From Vicugna vicugna (Eukaryota): a stretch of DNA of 64,000 nucleotides. The translations under genes were made by a program, and so were the position numbers. Every line of letters starts with the position of its first letter. The stretch's first letter is position 1. The notes below the pieces were generated by a model. That model was not told where the DNA came from and ran no database searches. It saw only the letters and a list, made by a program, of their open reading frames with translations. The stretch is from contig MU057560.1 in assembly GCA_013265495.1 (NCBI GenBank), positions 2,480,909-2,544,908 on the forward strand, written 5' to 3'. Shown here in pieces: positions 35,301-47,680 of this stretch.

Positions 35301-36269
35301 TGAGGTCCCACAGCTGAGTGACGTGTCTAGGACGTCCCACCATGCTCCGCGCACTTTCTCCTTCTTCACATTGACTCTCGCTCAACAAACGAGAAAGAAA
35401 GTAAAATGACAAAGAAAGAAAATGACAGCAAACAGGAAAGTGGGAGAGGGTGGAAATGAAGAGCTCTCGCATCTTCATCTGGTTTCACGGCAGCAGTGGG
35501 ACCCAAGTCAGCGGAGAATCATGCAAGTGGGAAGCTCAGCCACTCTTTGGAGGTGAATTTGGAGAGGCTGTGAACATCAGTGAACAAAAATCAAGGAGAC
35601 TTTCTATTTTGGTAGAAGGAACCAGGAGACAAGCCAAGTAGCCAAGAGATGTGAACGTGATGCGTGGTCAAATCTGACGCGCTTGGAAAAGCAGGTGTCA
35701 CATCTTGAGACCCTTCGTTCTTCAGGAAGTGAGTGTCTCAGGCGCTGGGGCAGGACATAACCTTTCCCCCTGTCTTGCTGGTGGGGTGTTCTACCCAAGT
35801 CACCACGAGGCAGCACACAACCTCGCACAGCCCATCGCCTTGGACCTTTGTGTCAGCAGCTCTGCACACAGGTGTTCAGGGTCTGAGCTGGATAAGAGGG
35901 CGCCTCTAGCCGGAGGGGGTCTCTGGTGGGGCTCTTCCACTGACACTGTGGAGATCCCTGGACGGGGCACCAGGCTGGGCGGGAGAACCAGCCTGACTAC
36001 AGCTGTGTCCTTGGCTGAGAGTCTTACCTTCCCCGGGTGTCGATGTTCTCATGTGTGAAAGAGAAACAATGATGAGTCATCTCCTTCTCAAAGAATTTTG
36101 CATAAAAATCAAACAGGGAAATACATATGAGAACGTCTTATGCACTGTAAATGGTATTTTTGATAGACTAATTTGACTATGGATTATTGATACAATCATT
36201 ACTATTGCATTATTGATGTAATTAAATGTGATGATTACTTTTTAATTCTGTGTGCCCCGCAAACTTAGA

Positions 36270-36790
36270 CTGAGGAACAGGGAAATTTGAAAGAAGGGCT
36301 CACTGGGAAAAGAGACCGTGTTTAGCTTAGGATGTGCTGTGTGCAGGATGAGGGCAGGAAGCGATGCTGGGGAGGACGCACAAGGTCAGATGAAGGTCAG
36401 ATGAGGCACAGGGCCCCTCTCTCATTCTGCAGAGACATGAAAAAGAGGGAGCACCAGAGAGGACTACATATACGGAGAGACACATGCGGACCCAGAGCTG
36501 CCCCTCGGCCAGTGCCCATGCTTAGCAAATAAGAGGCAAAACAGAAGACCTGTTGTTGAAGAAACCAATCGGCCACTGAAAACACTAGAGGAAAATCAGC
36601 ATCGTCAAATCCCCTGGAAGCCAAAAGCATTTTTTCCTTGAGGGGATGTGGTAAAATGTGAGGCAGAGCAAGTGTCGAGGAGAATGAGGTCCCAAAGCAG
36701 GGTCTTTTGATTTAGCAAGAAGGAGGTGGCAGTGACGTTCCAGAGGGCAGCATGGTGCAGTTTGGAAGCTGCAGGAGAGACAGTTGTGAG
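36270..36790 (-). mobile_element. L2 LINE fragment
   Basis: L2 antisense motifs tagaggaaaatcag...cctggaagccaaaag and tttgatttagcaagaaggaggtggcagtgacgtt. Confidence 0.6.
36383..36399 (+). promoter_or_regulatory. Perfect DR5 nuclear-receptor element (RARE consensus)
   Basis: AGGTCA-gatga-AGGTCA; motif match only. Confidence 0.3.
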
Positions 36791-37063
36791 GGACACAGGG
36801 CTTCCTGTGCCCCAAGATTCCCCATTCTTGGTGAGACATATTCACAATAGTTTCATCTGTTGATTAAATACTAGGAGACTGTCTTTTTTTTTTTTTTGCA
36901 AAGCTGTCACTCTATTCTTCACTTCAACATTTGTATTGCTGGCCTAAACAATTAACAAAAAAAGTAATGCTAACAAACTCTCATAAGGAAATATAGAATA
37001 CGAAACCATACAGTCAGATTTTTCAGATGCTTGAAACTTCATGCAATCTGACTTTTGTCCTTT

Positions 37064-37412
37064 ATTTTCTTAATGTGATGTTTCACATGGATTGATTTGC
37101 AGGTGTTGAACCATCCTTGCACCCCTGGAATAAATCCCACTGCTCATGATGTATGAGCCTTTTAATGTGGGTTGGATTTGGTTTATTAATATTCTGTTGA
37201 GGATTTTTGCATCTTTGTTCATCAGGAATACTGACCTATAGTTTTCTTTTCTTAGAGTGTCCTTGTCTGATTTTGGTGTCAGGGTACGCTTGTAATATAA
37301 GTTTGGAAGTGTTCCCACCTTTTGTATTTCTGGAAGAGTTTGGGAAGGTAAGAAGGATTGATATTAATTCTTCTTTAAATGTTTGATAGAATTCACCAGT
37401 GAAGGCATTTGA
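37064..37412 (-). mobile_element. LINE-1 ORF2 fragment at the start of the reverse-transcriptase domain
   Basis: Translation GTLPNLYYKRTLTPKSDKDTLRKENYRSVFLMNKDAKILNRILINQIQ matches L1 ORF2 (...[26 protein letters not shown]). Confidence 0.92.
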
Positions 37413-39473
37413 AAAGGCTGTTGCAAAGGTTTTGAAAACTGTGGTTTATAAACCACCTGCAGTTTTTTGTCATCAGACAGGATTTAGCAATCTCGGTAGA
37501 CACGGCCCCATGGTGAGGTTGTGTGCATCGAGGTGCCTTCCAAAAATATCTAATCTGGAGACATCTAATAAATGCTGTTCTGGAGAAACAAGGTTGACAT
37601 GCAGAAGTTGTTAAATGGACGAAATGACTTTCCTTGCCAACTGAAGCTGGAAAACAGAAGCCTAATGTGCAGAGCAGTGTGTGTTTCATTCAGGCATGAC
37701 ACAGCATGGTGGCCAGATGGGCGCCTCCCTGTATCTCTGGACGCTGACTGCAGACCCTCTTCTCCTGCCTGATGGAAATCTGCTCTCAGGACGGGCACTT
37801 TCCCAGTGGTCTCTGTGCTTTAAAGCTTAATTCGAATAGACGAACGAAAAATGATCCCAATTAGTGGAGCTGGTGGGAAAGGTTTTGGCGGAGGAGCGGA
37901 CCCAGCCTGGATTCACGGGATCCCTTCGAATGAACCAGGTCCTGCCCCACCTCCCCAGATCAGGACAGGCATCTCCACTGTTACAGGGGATTCAGAGCTC
38001 GGGTTACACTGTGGTTTGCACCAAAGTGTCAGAGGAAAATATGCCTTCAGCCTTGCGCTGCTGCAGGAGAGAACACCCACCCCTACGGGTGAACGTGGGA
38101 CCTTCAGTGGGCTGTGGGCTCCAGGCTGATGGCTTGATCACGTGGTGGCTGCAGGACATGGAGAAACCGTCAAACTTCTCCAGTTCCTTTCCTCATCTGC
38201 AAAATGGGACCAAACGTGTCTTTGGAAATCTGTCTTGCAGAATGGTGCTGAGGCTCCGAGGGGTCGGCGCACGTGAACATGACATAGGGATGGTCGGGCC
38301 ATGTGGACACTGCTTCCCACTGAAGGAGCCCGTCTGCATGAGCTAAGCACTTTCTGAAGATCCATTTCATCATGCCTCCTCACCTTTGCAGTCAGAGGAG
38401 CTAGAGGGGACAGGAAATGAGGCTCAGCAGGAAGCAGAGGTGTGATCACCCAGTCCCCATGGCCTGCTGGGAGCCCTGGCAGCAGAGATGGGCATCGTCA
38501 TAGTGGGATGCCTCCTCTGGCTGTCACGTGGCAGGGGGAGGGGCTGCACAGCACAGGGCAGGCAGGGGGAAGGGCTCTGGAGTCTGGGGTCCCTGCTGAG
38601 TCCCTGTTGCTCCACCAGCAGGCACTTTCTCCTCCGCTGTGTCTAGAGTCTCTTGTAGGAGAGGTGCCCTTATGAGCTGGTTCTGATCTTGCCCATCCGT
38701 GCAGCAACCACCACACATACAGGTCCTTTTCTTTTGTTCAAACCTCAGAATGCCACGCACCAGGCGCGGCGCCCCGTCAGAGGTCAGAGTGTGCAGGCGG
38801 CCCTGCATTTACAGACTGTTCACGGCGGAGATTGAGAGCGCCGAGTTCTGCTCCCTCCCACGCTTTTTAATTTAAGAACCCCGGGCGCTCAGCGTGGGGG
38901 TGACAAATGGCAGTGCCTTTACTGCTGTTGGTATTCTGAGGTCAGAATGTGGTTGGAGCCAGAAGCCCAGGGATGAAGTATAGCATTAAAAATAATAAAG
39001 ATTAAACATATGTAGCCTCCCAAGTCAGCGGAGCGGAGCTAACAACCCCACATAAAGAGGCTGCGTGTGGGATGAGCCTGGGTCTGGGAGGGGGGAGCGG
39101 AGCGTGCGCCGCCATGAATCTCTCCCTGCTCCTCCCTGCACCCACTGCAGAGCTGGGCCAGGGCGGGAGGGAGGCAGGCGGCAGGGAGACGAGGGCGCTG
39201 AGCTGAGGGTAGGGAGTGTGTGGGGGGGGAGGGAGGGAGAAAGGGAGTGAGGCAGACAGACAGAGAGACGGAGACAGATAGGCAGATGCTCCTGGAGGGC
39301 AAGCAAGGTGGGGACAGACTGGTCTGATGAAAGTGCTCATTTCTCTCTGATGTCGCCTGCAATGGCAGCTTCACTTCCTGGTTTCAGCCCTGCATTTATC
39401 TTTTAAAATTGCTATAAATCAAGATTCCACAACATGGTGTGGTTTTTTTCTTCATGTCTGGATCCTCAAGCAA

Positions 39474-39662
39474 ATCTCTCCCTCTCTCCCTCCCTCTCCC
39501 CCACTCCCTCTCTCCCTCCATTTCTCTCTCTCTCTCTCCCTCTCCCCCTTCCCCTTCCCTCTCTTTCTCCTTCTCTCTCCCTCTCTCCTTCCCTCCCTCT
39601 CTTTCTTCTGTTCCTCCCTCCCATCCCTACCCCTCCCTCTCCCATCCCCTTTCACACTCTTT
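39474..39662. repeat. Polypyrimidine/polypurine (CT-rich) low-complexity tract
   Basis: About 190 nt almost entirely C/T on the plus strand. Confidence 0.9.
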
Positions 39663-41266
39663 CAGCTCATGGATCATGTCCAGCAGGCTCCCTTCTCTTT
39701 GACTCCTACCATTAAGAATTTTTCAGGTGACAGTTTGCTTCTCTAGAAGTCAAAGTCTATCTTCCATGCTGCATGCATGCCTTAAAGAGCTGTTCTGTGT
39801 TCCTCTGGGGTAGGTGCTGTGTGTCTGTGAGTTGGGGGGCGCTAAGAATCAGTAGTGGGTTTGTAAGTTTGGTGCACAAGAATCTGCCGATCTAATGGGG
39901 TGAGGGAGGAGCTGGGGTTGGGGTTAGGACAGGAAGTGTACCTAAGTGGCTGTAATATATTTTGAATAGAATAATTGCATCAAAAGTTTAAGTTAGAGGC
40001 GCAGGAGGAGGGGAGGTCCAGGGAAGTCGGCACAGCGTCATGTAGCTTTGTCTTCGTGGGGTGGGGGCCGTGGAGGCTGAGCACATCTCCGGGCTCACGG
40101 AGGGACAGCCATCTCTGGGCTCGCGGGGGGACAGCCATCTCCTCGTGCTCCTGGTGGATGCTTGTTAGGTTCATTCATTCACTGGGACTCCAGTGAACTA
40201 ATACAAGATCAGCTCAAACCCTCAGTGGGATGAGGGCTAGAGTGTGACCTTCACTGTAATTAATTCAGGAAAACAAAGCGCTCTGTCTCCGAGTAGATGT
40301 CCCCATGGCTGAGCCCCCTCGCGCATCTGGTTTAGATGGTCTTTCTGCAGACGCCCCTCTGCCCCCAGGAGGCGCTCCTGTCGGGTCAGTCTGGGGACGG
40401 AGCTGGGCCGGCAGGACGGGTGTCGCTGTCCAGCTCCTGGTGCTGAACCCTGGCCGACGCTTTCTGAATGAGCAAAGGCAGCAAGCTTCTTGGCATGTTT
40501 CTGTTTCCTCACCTCAAGTCGTGGCTGTAAAAGCACCTTCCAGACAGGTGGGGTGGTTGTGAGGAAGAAATGAGACGGTAAACGAGGCAGATTGGAGCAG
40601 GGCCACACGACCAGGTCTCCGTTCCTGCCGCCAGCGTGTCCTTAGGACGCCTTCTAGTACGATTGCTTACAGTCCTTCCACTCACGTGTTACCTTCAAGT
40701 TACCTGCCTGTGGGTCTAGCCAGCTGTCTCCAACGTCAAGCTCCCTGCAGGCAGAAAGGAGGCAGAGGGAGTGCTGTACTGGGCAGAGCACAGCCCCCGT
40801 GTCAGGGGCCCTTTGATGACGATGCTTTTCTGATGTTTTTGGATGAGGATGATGAAAGAGTTACAGAGCTTTCAAGCTGGAAGGGATGTTATAGCTTGCT
40901 AATCAAAGCTTTTCTTTTTTACGTGTGAAGAAGCATCTTTTTACATGTCAGGAGCTTCCATGGTTTGTCCTGTTCGCTTTGAGATCTTCTTAATGGCTGG
41001 TACAAGGCCAGGTTCTTGGGTGGTTCTCCATGTAAGACCACCAGAGAACAAACGCCTGGATGGGCAGATGGGTGGACAGGTGCTTTAACGTTGATTTATT
41101 ATGGTGAAAAAATGATGGAGAGTGTTATTCTGGGTTGCAATTTGGCAAAAGATTTCTAAAGAGGAAATCCAGATGAGACTTACAGGTAATTCTAATTAAT
41201 GTGAGGTTCAAAGAGCTATTTGCAGAAGAACAGGAATTCAAGAGGGATCAGGACTGGGGAGTTGGA

Positions 41267-41649
41267 TGTTAGGGGCTGAATCGTGTTTCCCTAAAATTCA
41301 TATGTTGAAGCCCTAACTGTCAGCACCTCAGAATCCGACTGTATTTGGAGATAGAGCCTTGGCAGAGGTGATCAGTTATAATAAGGTCATTGGGGTGGGC
41401 ACTAATCCAGTCTGACTCGAGTCCTTATCAGCAAAGGAAACTTGGGTACACAGAGAGACATCGGGGATGCATACGAGGAGAAAAGGCTCTGTGAGGTCAC
41501 AGCAGCCAAAGAGAGAGCCCTCAGGGGAAGCCAGCCCTGCGGACACCCTGACCTCAGACTTTCAGCTTCCAGGACCTGAAGTCACATCTGCCTCTTGTTT
41601 TAGCTCCCTGCCTCTGGTATTTGTTTAGCAGCATGAGCTGACTAATACA
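41267..41649 (+). mobile_element. Full-length MaLR solo LTR (MLT1B-like)
   Basis: Starts tgttaggggctgaatcgtgtttccctaaaattcatatgttgaagcccta and ends agctgactaataca; flanks ttgga/ctgga look like a 4/5-matching target-site duplication. Confidence 0.9.
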
Positions 41650-41699
41650 CTGGAGAGGGAACAGGAAGAGAGGTGGTGAACACGACATTCATTTAGACA

Positions 41700-41895
41700 C
41701 ATTCGTAAAAGCTCTCTGTTGTACATCCCATGTGCTGTCTCAGTGAGTCGTCCCTGCTACCTGACAGGTGAAAGCTTATTTTTTTTTTTTTTTGGCAAGT
41801 GAAATAAGAGAGGGAAGAAGGTAGCTCAGAGAGGTTGAATCACTCATAAGAGCACACACAGCAGGTAAGTGTTCGAGCTGGAATTCACACCCGTG
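41700..41895 (-). mobile_element. MIR SINE fragment
   Basis: gctcagagaggttgaatcactcataagagcacacacagcaggtaagtg...gagctggaattcacaccc. Confidence 0.65.
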
Positions 41896-44800
41896 TAGGG
41901 AAGCCTCAAGGTGATGTGCTGGCTTCGTCAAGGGCTCGGCCCCAGGTTTGGGGGGGGCGGGGCTGGCTTTCTGGGGAAAGAGCGGGTGGTGCTGAGGACG
42001 CAGGTGTGCCCTTGGGGTTGCTAGCTTTGAGGTGGTGTCTGTCCCCGCATGTGGGGCTTATTAAAGGAAAGCCACTGAAGTCAGCTAAAGACCTGCCTCT
42101 CACGCTTCTTCTAAGAGGAAAGACTGTGGCTGCTTGCTTGGGTGCAGCCCCCTTTCTGCACAGCCCCAAACCGCTCCAGGCTGCTGCTTCTGATCCTCGG
42201 AGGGCCCTGCCCCTGCTCCCAGGGGCCAGGCAGGGTCAGCCTGCTGACAGGGGGTGGAGGCCCAGACCCGCGCTGCTCCCCCAGTTGGGGAGCAGCCGCC
42301 CCTCCCATCTGGAGGCCCCCGGCTCTCAGGCTGAGCGTCTGCAGAATAAAGCACCAGCCCAGCGCCAGGCGCTGCAGCTCATACCTGCAATTTGCACAGG
42401 GAGTAGTAGAGACAATTCAGACACCTGAGGTGCTGGTAATGTCTGAGTCGAGGGAAAATAGGGCTGCTTCCTCGCCTCCTCCCACACACTCAGAATCCAG
42501 GGCCATGCAGGGTGAACTTTCCATCAAGGTGACATTGGTTTAAAATAGAAAAATGGCACTAATATGTTTAAAAGCTGGACAGAGAACTGGAGAAACTGAA
42601 AGGCGAATCAAATCCCTAACCCACCCGGGCCTCTGCAGTGGGGAGGCACGTCCAGGCCGGCACGGCCCGGGCTTGGGTGTGCTCTCCTGGGACGCGGCTG
42701 GAAGGCAGGTTCTCACGTGGCACTTCTAGGGGTGGGGCCTGGGGCTCCGCGTTTCCAACAAGCTTTCTGGTAACTGGGAGGTTAACCTCTACCGGGCTCC
42801 TTCTCTCTGCACAGCAGCGGGCAGCCATCCTCCAGGCTCCAGCATCCAGGGAGGCCAGCAAGGACAATGCTCTGTGGTCAAGGGGAGGAGCTGCATCCCC
42901 GAGTGACCGCCGGTGCTGGGCGCTGGTTGTAGGCAGACGGGACTCACGTGTTTCTTCCAGGAAAGAGGCCCTGCCAAGGGGAGCCTCTGAAATGCGTGGG
43001 GACCCCCGGCCTCCGGGGGGGGGGGGCTCGTGTTGGCCTGACCCCTGGGCTGCCCTCACCCTCACCCAGGGGAGGACTTCCGGAACAGCCACAGCAGGGG
43101 CGGCTCCAGCTCAGAACAGGGGCTGCCAGAGGGAACTTGACCCCCGGAGAAGTCACACCTTGGACACAGCTTTTTTCCTAAGCAAACCATCCAGAAATAG
43201 CGGTTCTGTCTCCTCCAGGAGAACCCCAATCCCCACGGAGCTTAGTGAGGGGCTCGGGTGGTGCTGGAGGGCCCCCCTGAGTGACCCCGACTGCAGGACA
43301 CGGCTGGGCCCTGGCCTTCCAGCCCAGACACAGGATTTCTAAATATTCTTCAAGCAACTTTCTGGGAGACTGTTCCAAGCTGTCTCGGGAGAGCTGTCAT
43401 CCTGACTGACTGTGTGTGAGCCCCGGCAAATCCCACGGGCACCGAGTCTCATCACCAAAGGAAATGTGCTGCTGCATTTTATTTCCTCTTTGAAATATTT
43501 CTGTTCCAGCATTCTGAAGGGAAGACAGAAAATAGTTCCCAGCTAAATGCCACGTCTTCAGAAACGTGAAAGTCAGAGTCTGGAGTCCTCCTCTTCTGGC
43601 GGGACCCAGTGCTGTCCCTCCCCTGAGCTCCAGGGTGGAGAGGCCGGTCCGAGGTGCACATCTGTGCACAGGATGGAGGGAGTCCTGAACCCAGTGAACA
43701 TGGCTGGTGGTCGCCAGGCCGGCCCCAGTCTGCGGCCACCCTCGGACACAGTGCTTGCCATCATCTTAAACCTTCACGAATGCTTCACAGCTGACATGGG
43801 CCATTACTGTTGCCTTTCGTATGAACCTTACGAGGCTGGACAGTTCCAGTGACTTTCCCCAGAGCCAATCACTGGACAGCAGCCAAACTGGGACTTGAAC
43901 CAGTGGCCCTGTGCAGTCAGGACACCCCTCTCCGGCCGGGACACGCCCAGGCTCACCCGGGGACCTGCAGGCTACTCTCAGGGCTTCCCACGCCCTCTCA
44001 CAGGCGAGCAGGGAGCACAGGTGGTGTTGATTTCAGGTTTCTTGATAGATTTCAAGTCGTGGCTTGCCCTGAAGGAGTCTTGGAAACGACGGAGCCTCTG
44101 TTCACACGGCCCACTCACCCTGAGCCGAGACAGCTGTGATCTAGGTGCCCTCCTCCTCAGAGGGGTGAACAGTCACATCACGCAGCTGCACTGACTTCTC
44201 TCCTTGGATCCTGTTCTAGAAACGGTTGCGCTGTGGATGGGGGTCCCTGATGAGATTGCAGAGGGAAAGCCACGCTCAGAGTGGAGCAACTCGGTCTCTC
44301 GTGGCCTTGCCTACACACTTGTCCCTGGACGGCCTCCTCCAGGGAGCCCTGGGGTCCAGCCTTGCACCCACTCTACAGAGACCTGCAGCTGTAAATGGCA
44401 TTAACTCAGCTCAGAAATAGAAGCTTCTGAGTACATGCCGGCTCTTCCAACATCACGTAAATGTGGGTCTTTGAAAGTTGCAGTCACGTGCGTGGCTTCA
44501 TTTTATCTCTACAGGCTGGAGTAAAGGTTTCATCTTCTTTCCACCTGGAAAGATGAAAGTGCACAATTAGTTAATAAGCACTTAGCACAGATTTACCTGC
44601 GAGGCTGTTACAGAACCAGTCGGGGAACCTGCCCCTTCTGAGAGCTGCAAAGTGTCCGCTGCCAGCCCCGCCCACCTCCCGTTAACCTGTGTCATCGGGA
44701 GGGATGCATGCGGGCACCTGGGAGCCGTCCTCTCTCACAGGGAAGGCTGCCAGTCGGAGGGGTCTGGTCTGGTCCCAGGTCAGGCTTCTCTGCCCGCCCT

Positions 44801-45912
44801 CCCTCCTCCCTGGAGGGACCCCATGGCCATCTTGCACCACAGAGAGGACAGGCGCTCACCAAGGAGACATCACCCCTCGGCCCCTGACCTTGGGACCAAG
44901 CTGCCACCAGCCAGCTGTGGGCTCCTCATTACCCAAGGTAAGCATTCAAATATAAGTAAACACGCACACCTTCTGGCCTCTTCAGTCAAGCCTTTGCTGC
45001 CATCAGCCACCCTGCTCCTAACCTGTGCGTGGCTCTGTGTCCTGCATTGCCCAGAAGGGGCTCGGGACAGCAGGCACCGGCAGAGCAGCAGCCCTGCCCC
45101 CCAGGAGGTGTGGGTCTCGGGTGCAGCCCTCCGGGGGAGAAGCCCCCTGCGTGGAGGGGTGAGTGTCTCTGCTCTCTCCAGGCGACGATCACGGGGGACA
45201 CCAAGCCATGGAAGCATGGGGAAGTCGCCATCACTCGAGAAGCCTCCTGAGCAAAAGGCAAGGCGAGGTAGATGATTTTAATTAAAGTCTCAGAACAATC
45301 AAAGACAATCAGGTGCTTCTGCCCCTGGGATGCTGGCGGCTCCCAACCGCACGAGGCTACAGATAGGGGGCGGGCAGGGGCGGGCAGGGGCAGACGGGCC
45401 AGGAGAGGGGGGCTGCCCCAGGTGGCAGGACAGGTGTGGCCTCAGGCTGGGCTGACCTGTTGACCCTCTTGGGCCGCCCACTCCCCTTCCCCACACCCCG
45501 GCCTGACCCACAACGGTTTTCTGGGCCTTGTGCCTCTGCCCAGGCAGAACCAGGGCTTCCCCTCCGCACTCTCCTGCTGGACCCCTGCTCCCCTGCCAGT
45601 GCAGGGAAAGGATGAGCAGGTCGAAGTGTGTAAATGTCATTTGGAAAACAGTTGCCAGAGTGACCCGGGGTATCATCTGGCTCCAAACAGAGACCTCGGA
45701 AAAACCATGCAATTCCTCTGTGCCTCAGTTTCTTCACCCAGAGAATGGGGATAGCCCTATCTTTTTCTGCCTCACACTCAGCGTAGAGCACTGTTCCCAA
45801 CCTGAGGCGCTCGTCTCAGATCAGCACTGTATGAAGACTACGGCTGTGATTTCTAGGTCTCGGAAGACAGCTCGGCGTGGGCGCCCTTCGGGGAGCTGCC
45901 AGTGATGTCGGG

Positions 45913-45925
45913 GGGTCAAGGGTCA
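45913..45925 (+). promoter_or_regulatory. Perfect DR1 nuclear-receptor element
   Basis: GGGTCA-a-GGGTCA; motif match only. Confidence 0.25.
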
Positions 45926-47172
45926 GCAGACATGATTCTTCACAGCACCTTCATTTTGCAGATGAGGAAACATCAGAGGGAGGAGAGGCGGGTCGGGCTG
46001 CAGCGCAGGAGTGGCAGCCTGGCTCTGCTCTGGGCCTGCCTCCCTCTGCAGGCTCTTCCCCCAGCTGTGCCCCCTAACCCCACCCGAGCTGTGCCCGTGA
46101 GACTGTGTCAGTGAGACCCCGCGCCCTCTGTGGCGCACGCTGCCTTCCTGGCACCTGCTGGGCAGCCGTCTTTGTAGAGAATGAGACTCTGTCATTAATA
46201 GCAATGACTATTTTTAAACAAACAAGTGGCTGGAGGCCGTCTATTCAGGACAGAAATGCAGGGCAGGCAGTGGTGGGGCCCAGAAGGGGCTGCTCGCGGA
46301 GAGTAAACGGCTTTAAAACAGACGTGGGAACAGATCGTGCGTGGTCAGAGGCCAGCAGCAAAGTTTTACCTTTTCATGCTACAAAACCACATTGTCTTCT
46401 CCCCCGGGCGGACGCGGATGGCGGTGAATAATCACCTCCAGTTGTGTGATGCGGTATCTGTGTCCCCATTTGGCTCGGATGAAAGTTATTTTAAATGTGA
46501 TCCATTAATGCACTGGGATAAGGCTAATTTTTAAGGACTAGGGGCTGTTGGGCAGAAAAGAAAAATGAAGACAGTGTCTCGAGACCAGAGCGATATGGCC
46601 CCAGGTAAGGAATACAGGCCAGCAACAGCCCTGACCCATTTGACGGTGGGCAGGGAGACGCGGCGCAGGGGGAGGCCGACAAGTGACGCTCGGAGGCCGG
46701 GGAAGCAGGCCACGGGCCAACGGGAGTCTGATGAAATGGGCTCATTTCTCAGTGCTGAGGAGAGGCCGGTGGTGGCCTTTGACCAAATGTAGGGGGGGCC
46801 TTGACTGGGGACACCTGGGAAAACAGCTTGAGGTGGGATCTGGGCTGCAGACCCGTGGGAGCCTCCGCACAGGCTGGAGCAGAGAAGCAGCGTGTCCAGT
46901 GCTCCTGGGGAGGCCGGGGCTGCTCAGGCCACGGCAGTTCAGTTTAAATCCGCGGGAACAAGACGGTCGGCTTGTGAGGCTGTGGGGCTCAGGGTCAAAC
47001 TGGAAACCGGCACCTGTTTACCTCGATCCAGTTCTCCACCTGGAGTGAGTGCGTTGTGCTCTCAGGAGTGACCCCCGTAGACGGTACCGTGCAGACAGCC
47101 CTGCAAAGTGAAGACAACACTCACACACTGTTTTTCAAACTTCTGGAATTTGTGAAGTACCTTCGGTCACAT

Positions 47173-47680
47173 CGTCACAGGGAAGAAAAACCTGACTCCC
47201 TGTGGGATCTGTTCCTTTACCTCTGACCCTGTGCTGTTTCCTGGGCTGGGTCTGCACCTTTTGTGAAAGAATGTCACCTGCAGCCTGAAATCTACAGAAC
47301 AGCCCCTTCTCAAGGCTCTGACCTGCAAGGAGATAACACTCTTCCATTCATACAGAGAAAAAAATTTGCAGAACAGAGAAGAGCACTTGTCTTGCTGGAG
47401 GTTTACAGGGACGCCACGACCTGACCCATGTGGACGGCTACAAGAGCAGAAGATTCCGACACCAAAAAGTTTGCAACGACCAACCACACCCCTCCCCTTT
47501 TTAGTATAAAAGGAGCCTGAATTTTGACTTGGGGAAGATGGTTCTTCAGGACATTAGCCCCCCATCTTCTTGGTCTGCCAGCTTTCCAAATGAAGTCTTT
47601 ATTCCTTCCTCAACATCTCACCTCCTGATTTATTGGCTTGTCCTGCAGCGAGCAGAACGAGTTTGGACTCGGGAGTGACA
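47173..47680 (+). mobile_element. ERV1-class solo LTR (cetartiodactyl MER41-like)
   Basis: About 510 bp with a TATA box (tataaaa at about 47505), ggggaagatggttct, and a 3' end gatttattggcttgtcctgcagcgagcagaacgagtttggactcgg...aca typical of MER41-type LTRs. Confidence 0.75.

Noticed and set aside
39108..39206. Kozak-like GCCGCCATG starting MNLSLLLPAPTAELGQGGREAGGRETRALS*
   Set aside because: Only 30 codons, no clear donor site before the stop, and no recognisable homology.
39322..39352. CTGATGA as a hammerhead ribozyme core or C/D snoRNA box (also at 46728)
   Set aside because: No GAAA after a stem II on the same strand, and no box D at snoRNA distance with a terminal stem.
46119..46136. CTCF site (gcgccctctgtggc; also gggcgcctctagccgg at about 35898)
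   Set aside because: Each is one base out of register with the CTCF core; not supportable without a position-weight-matrix scan.
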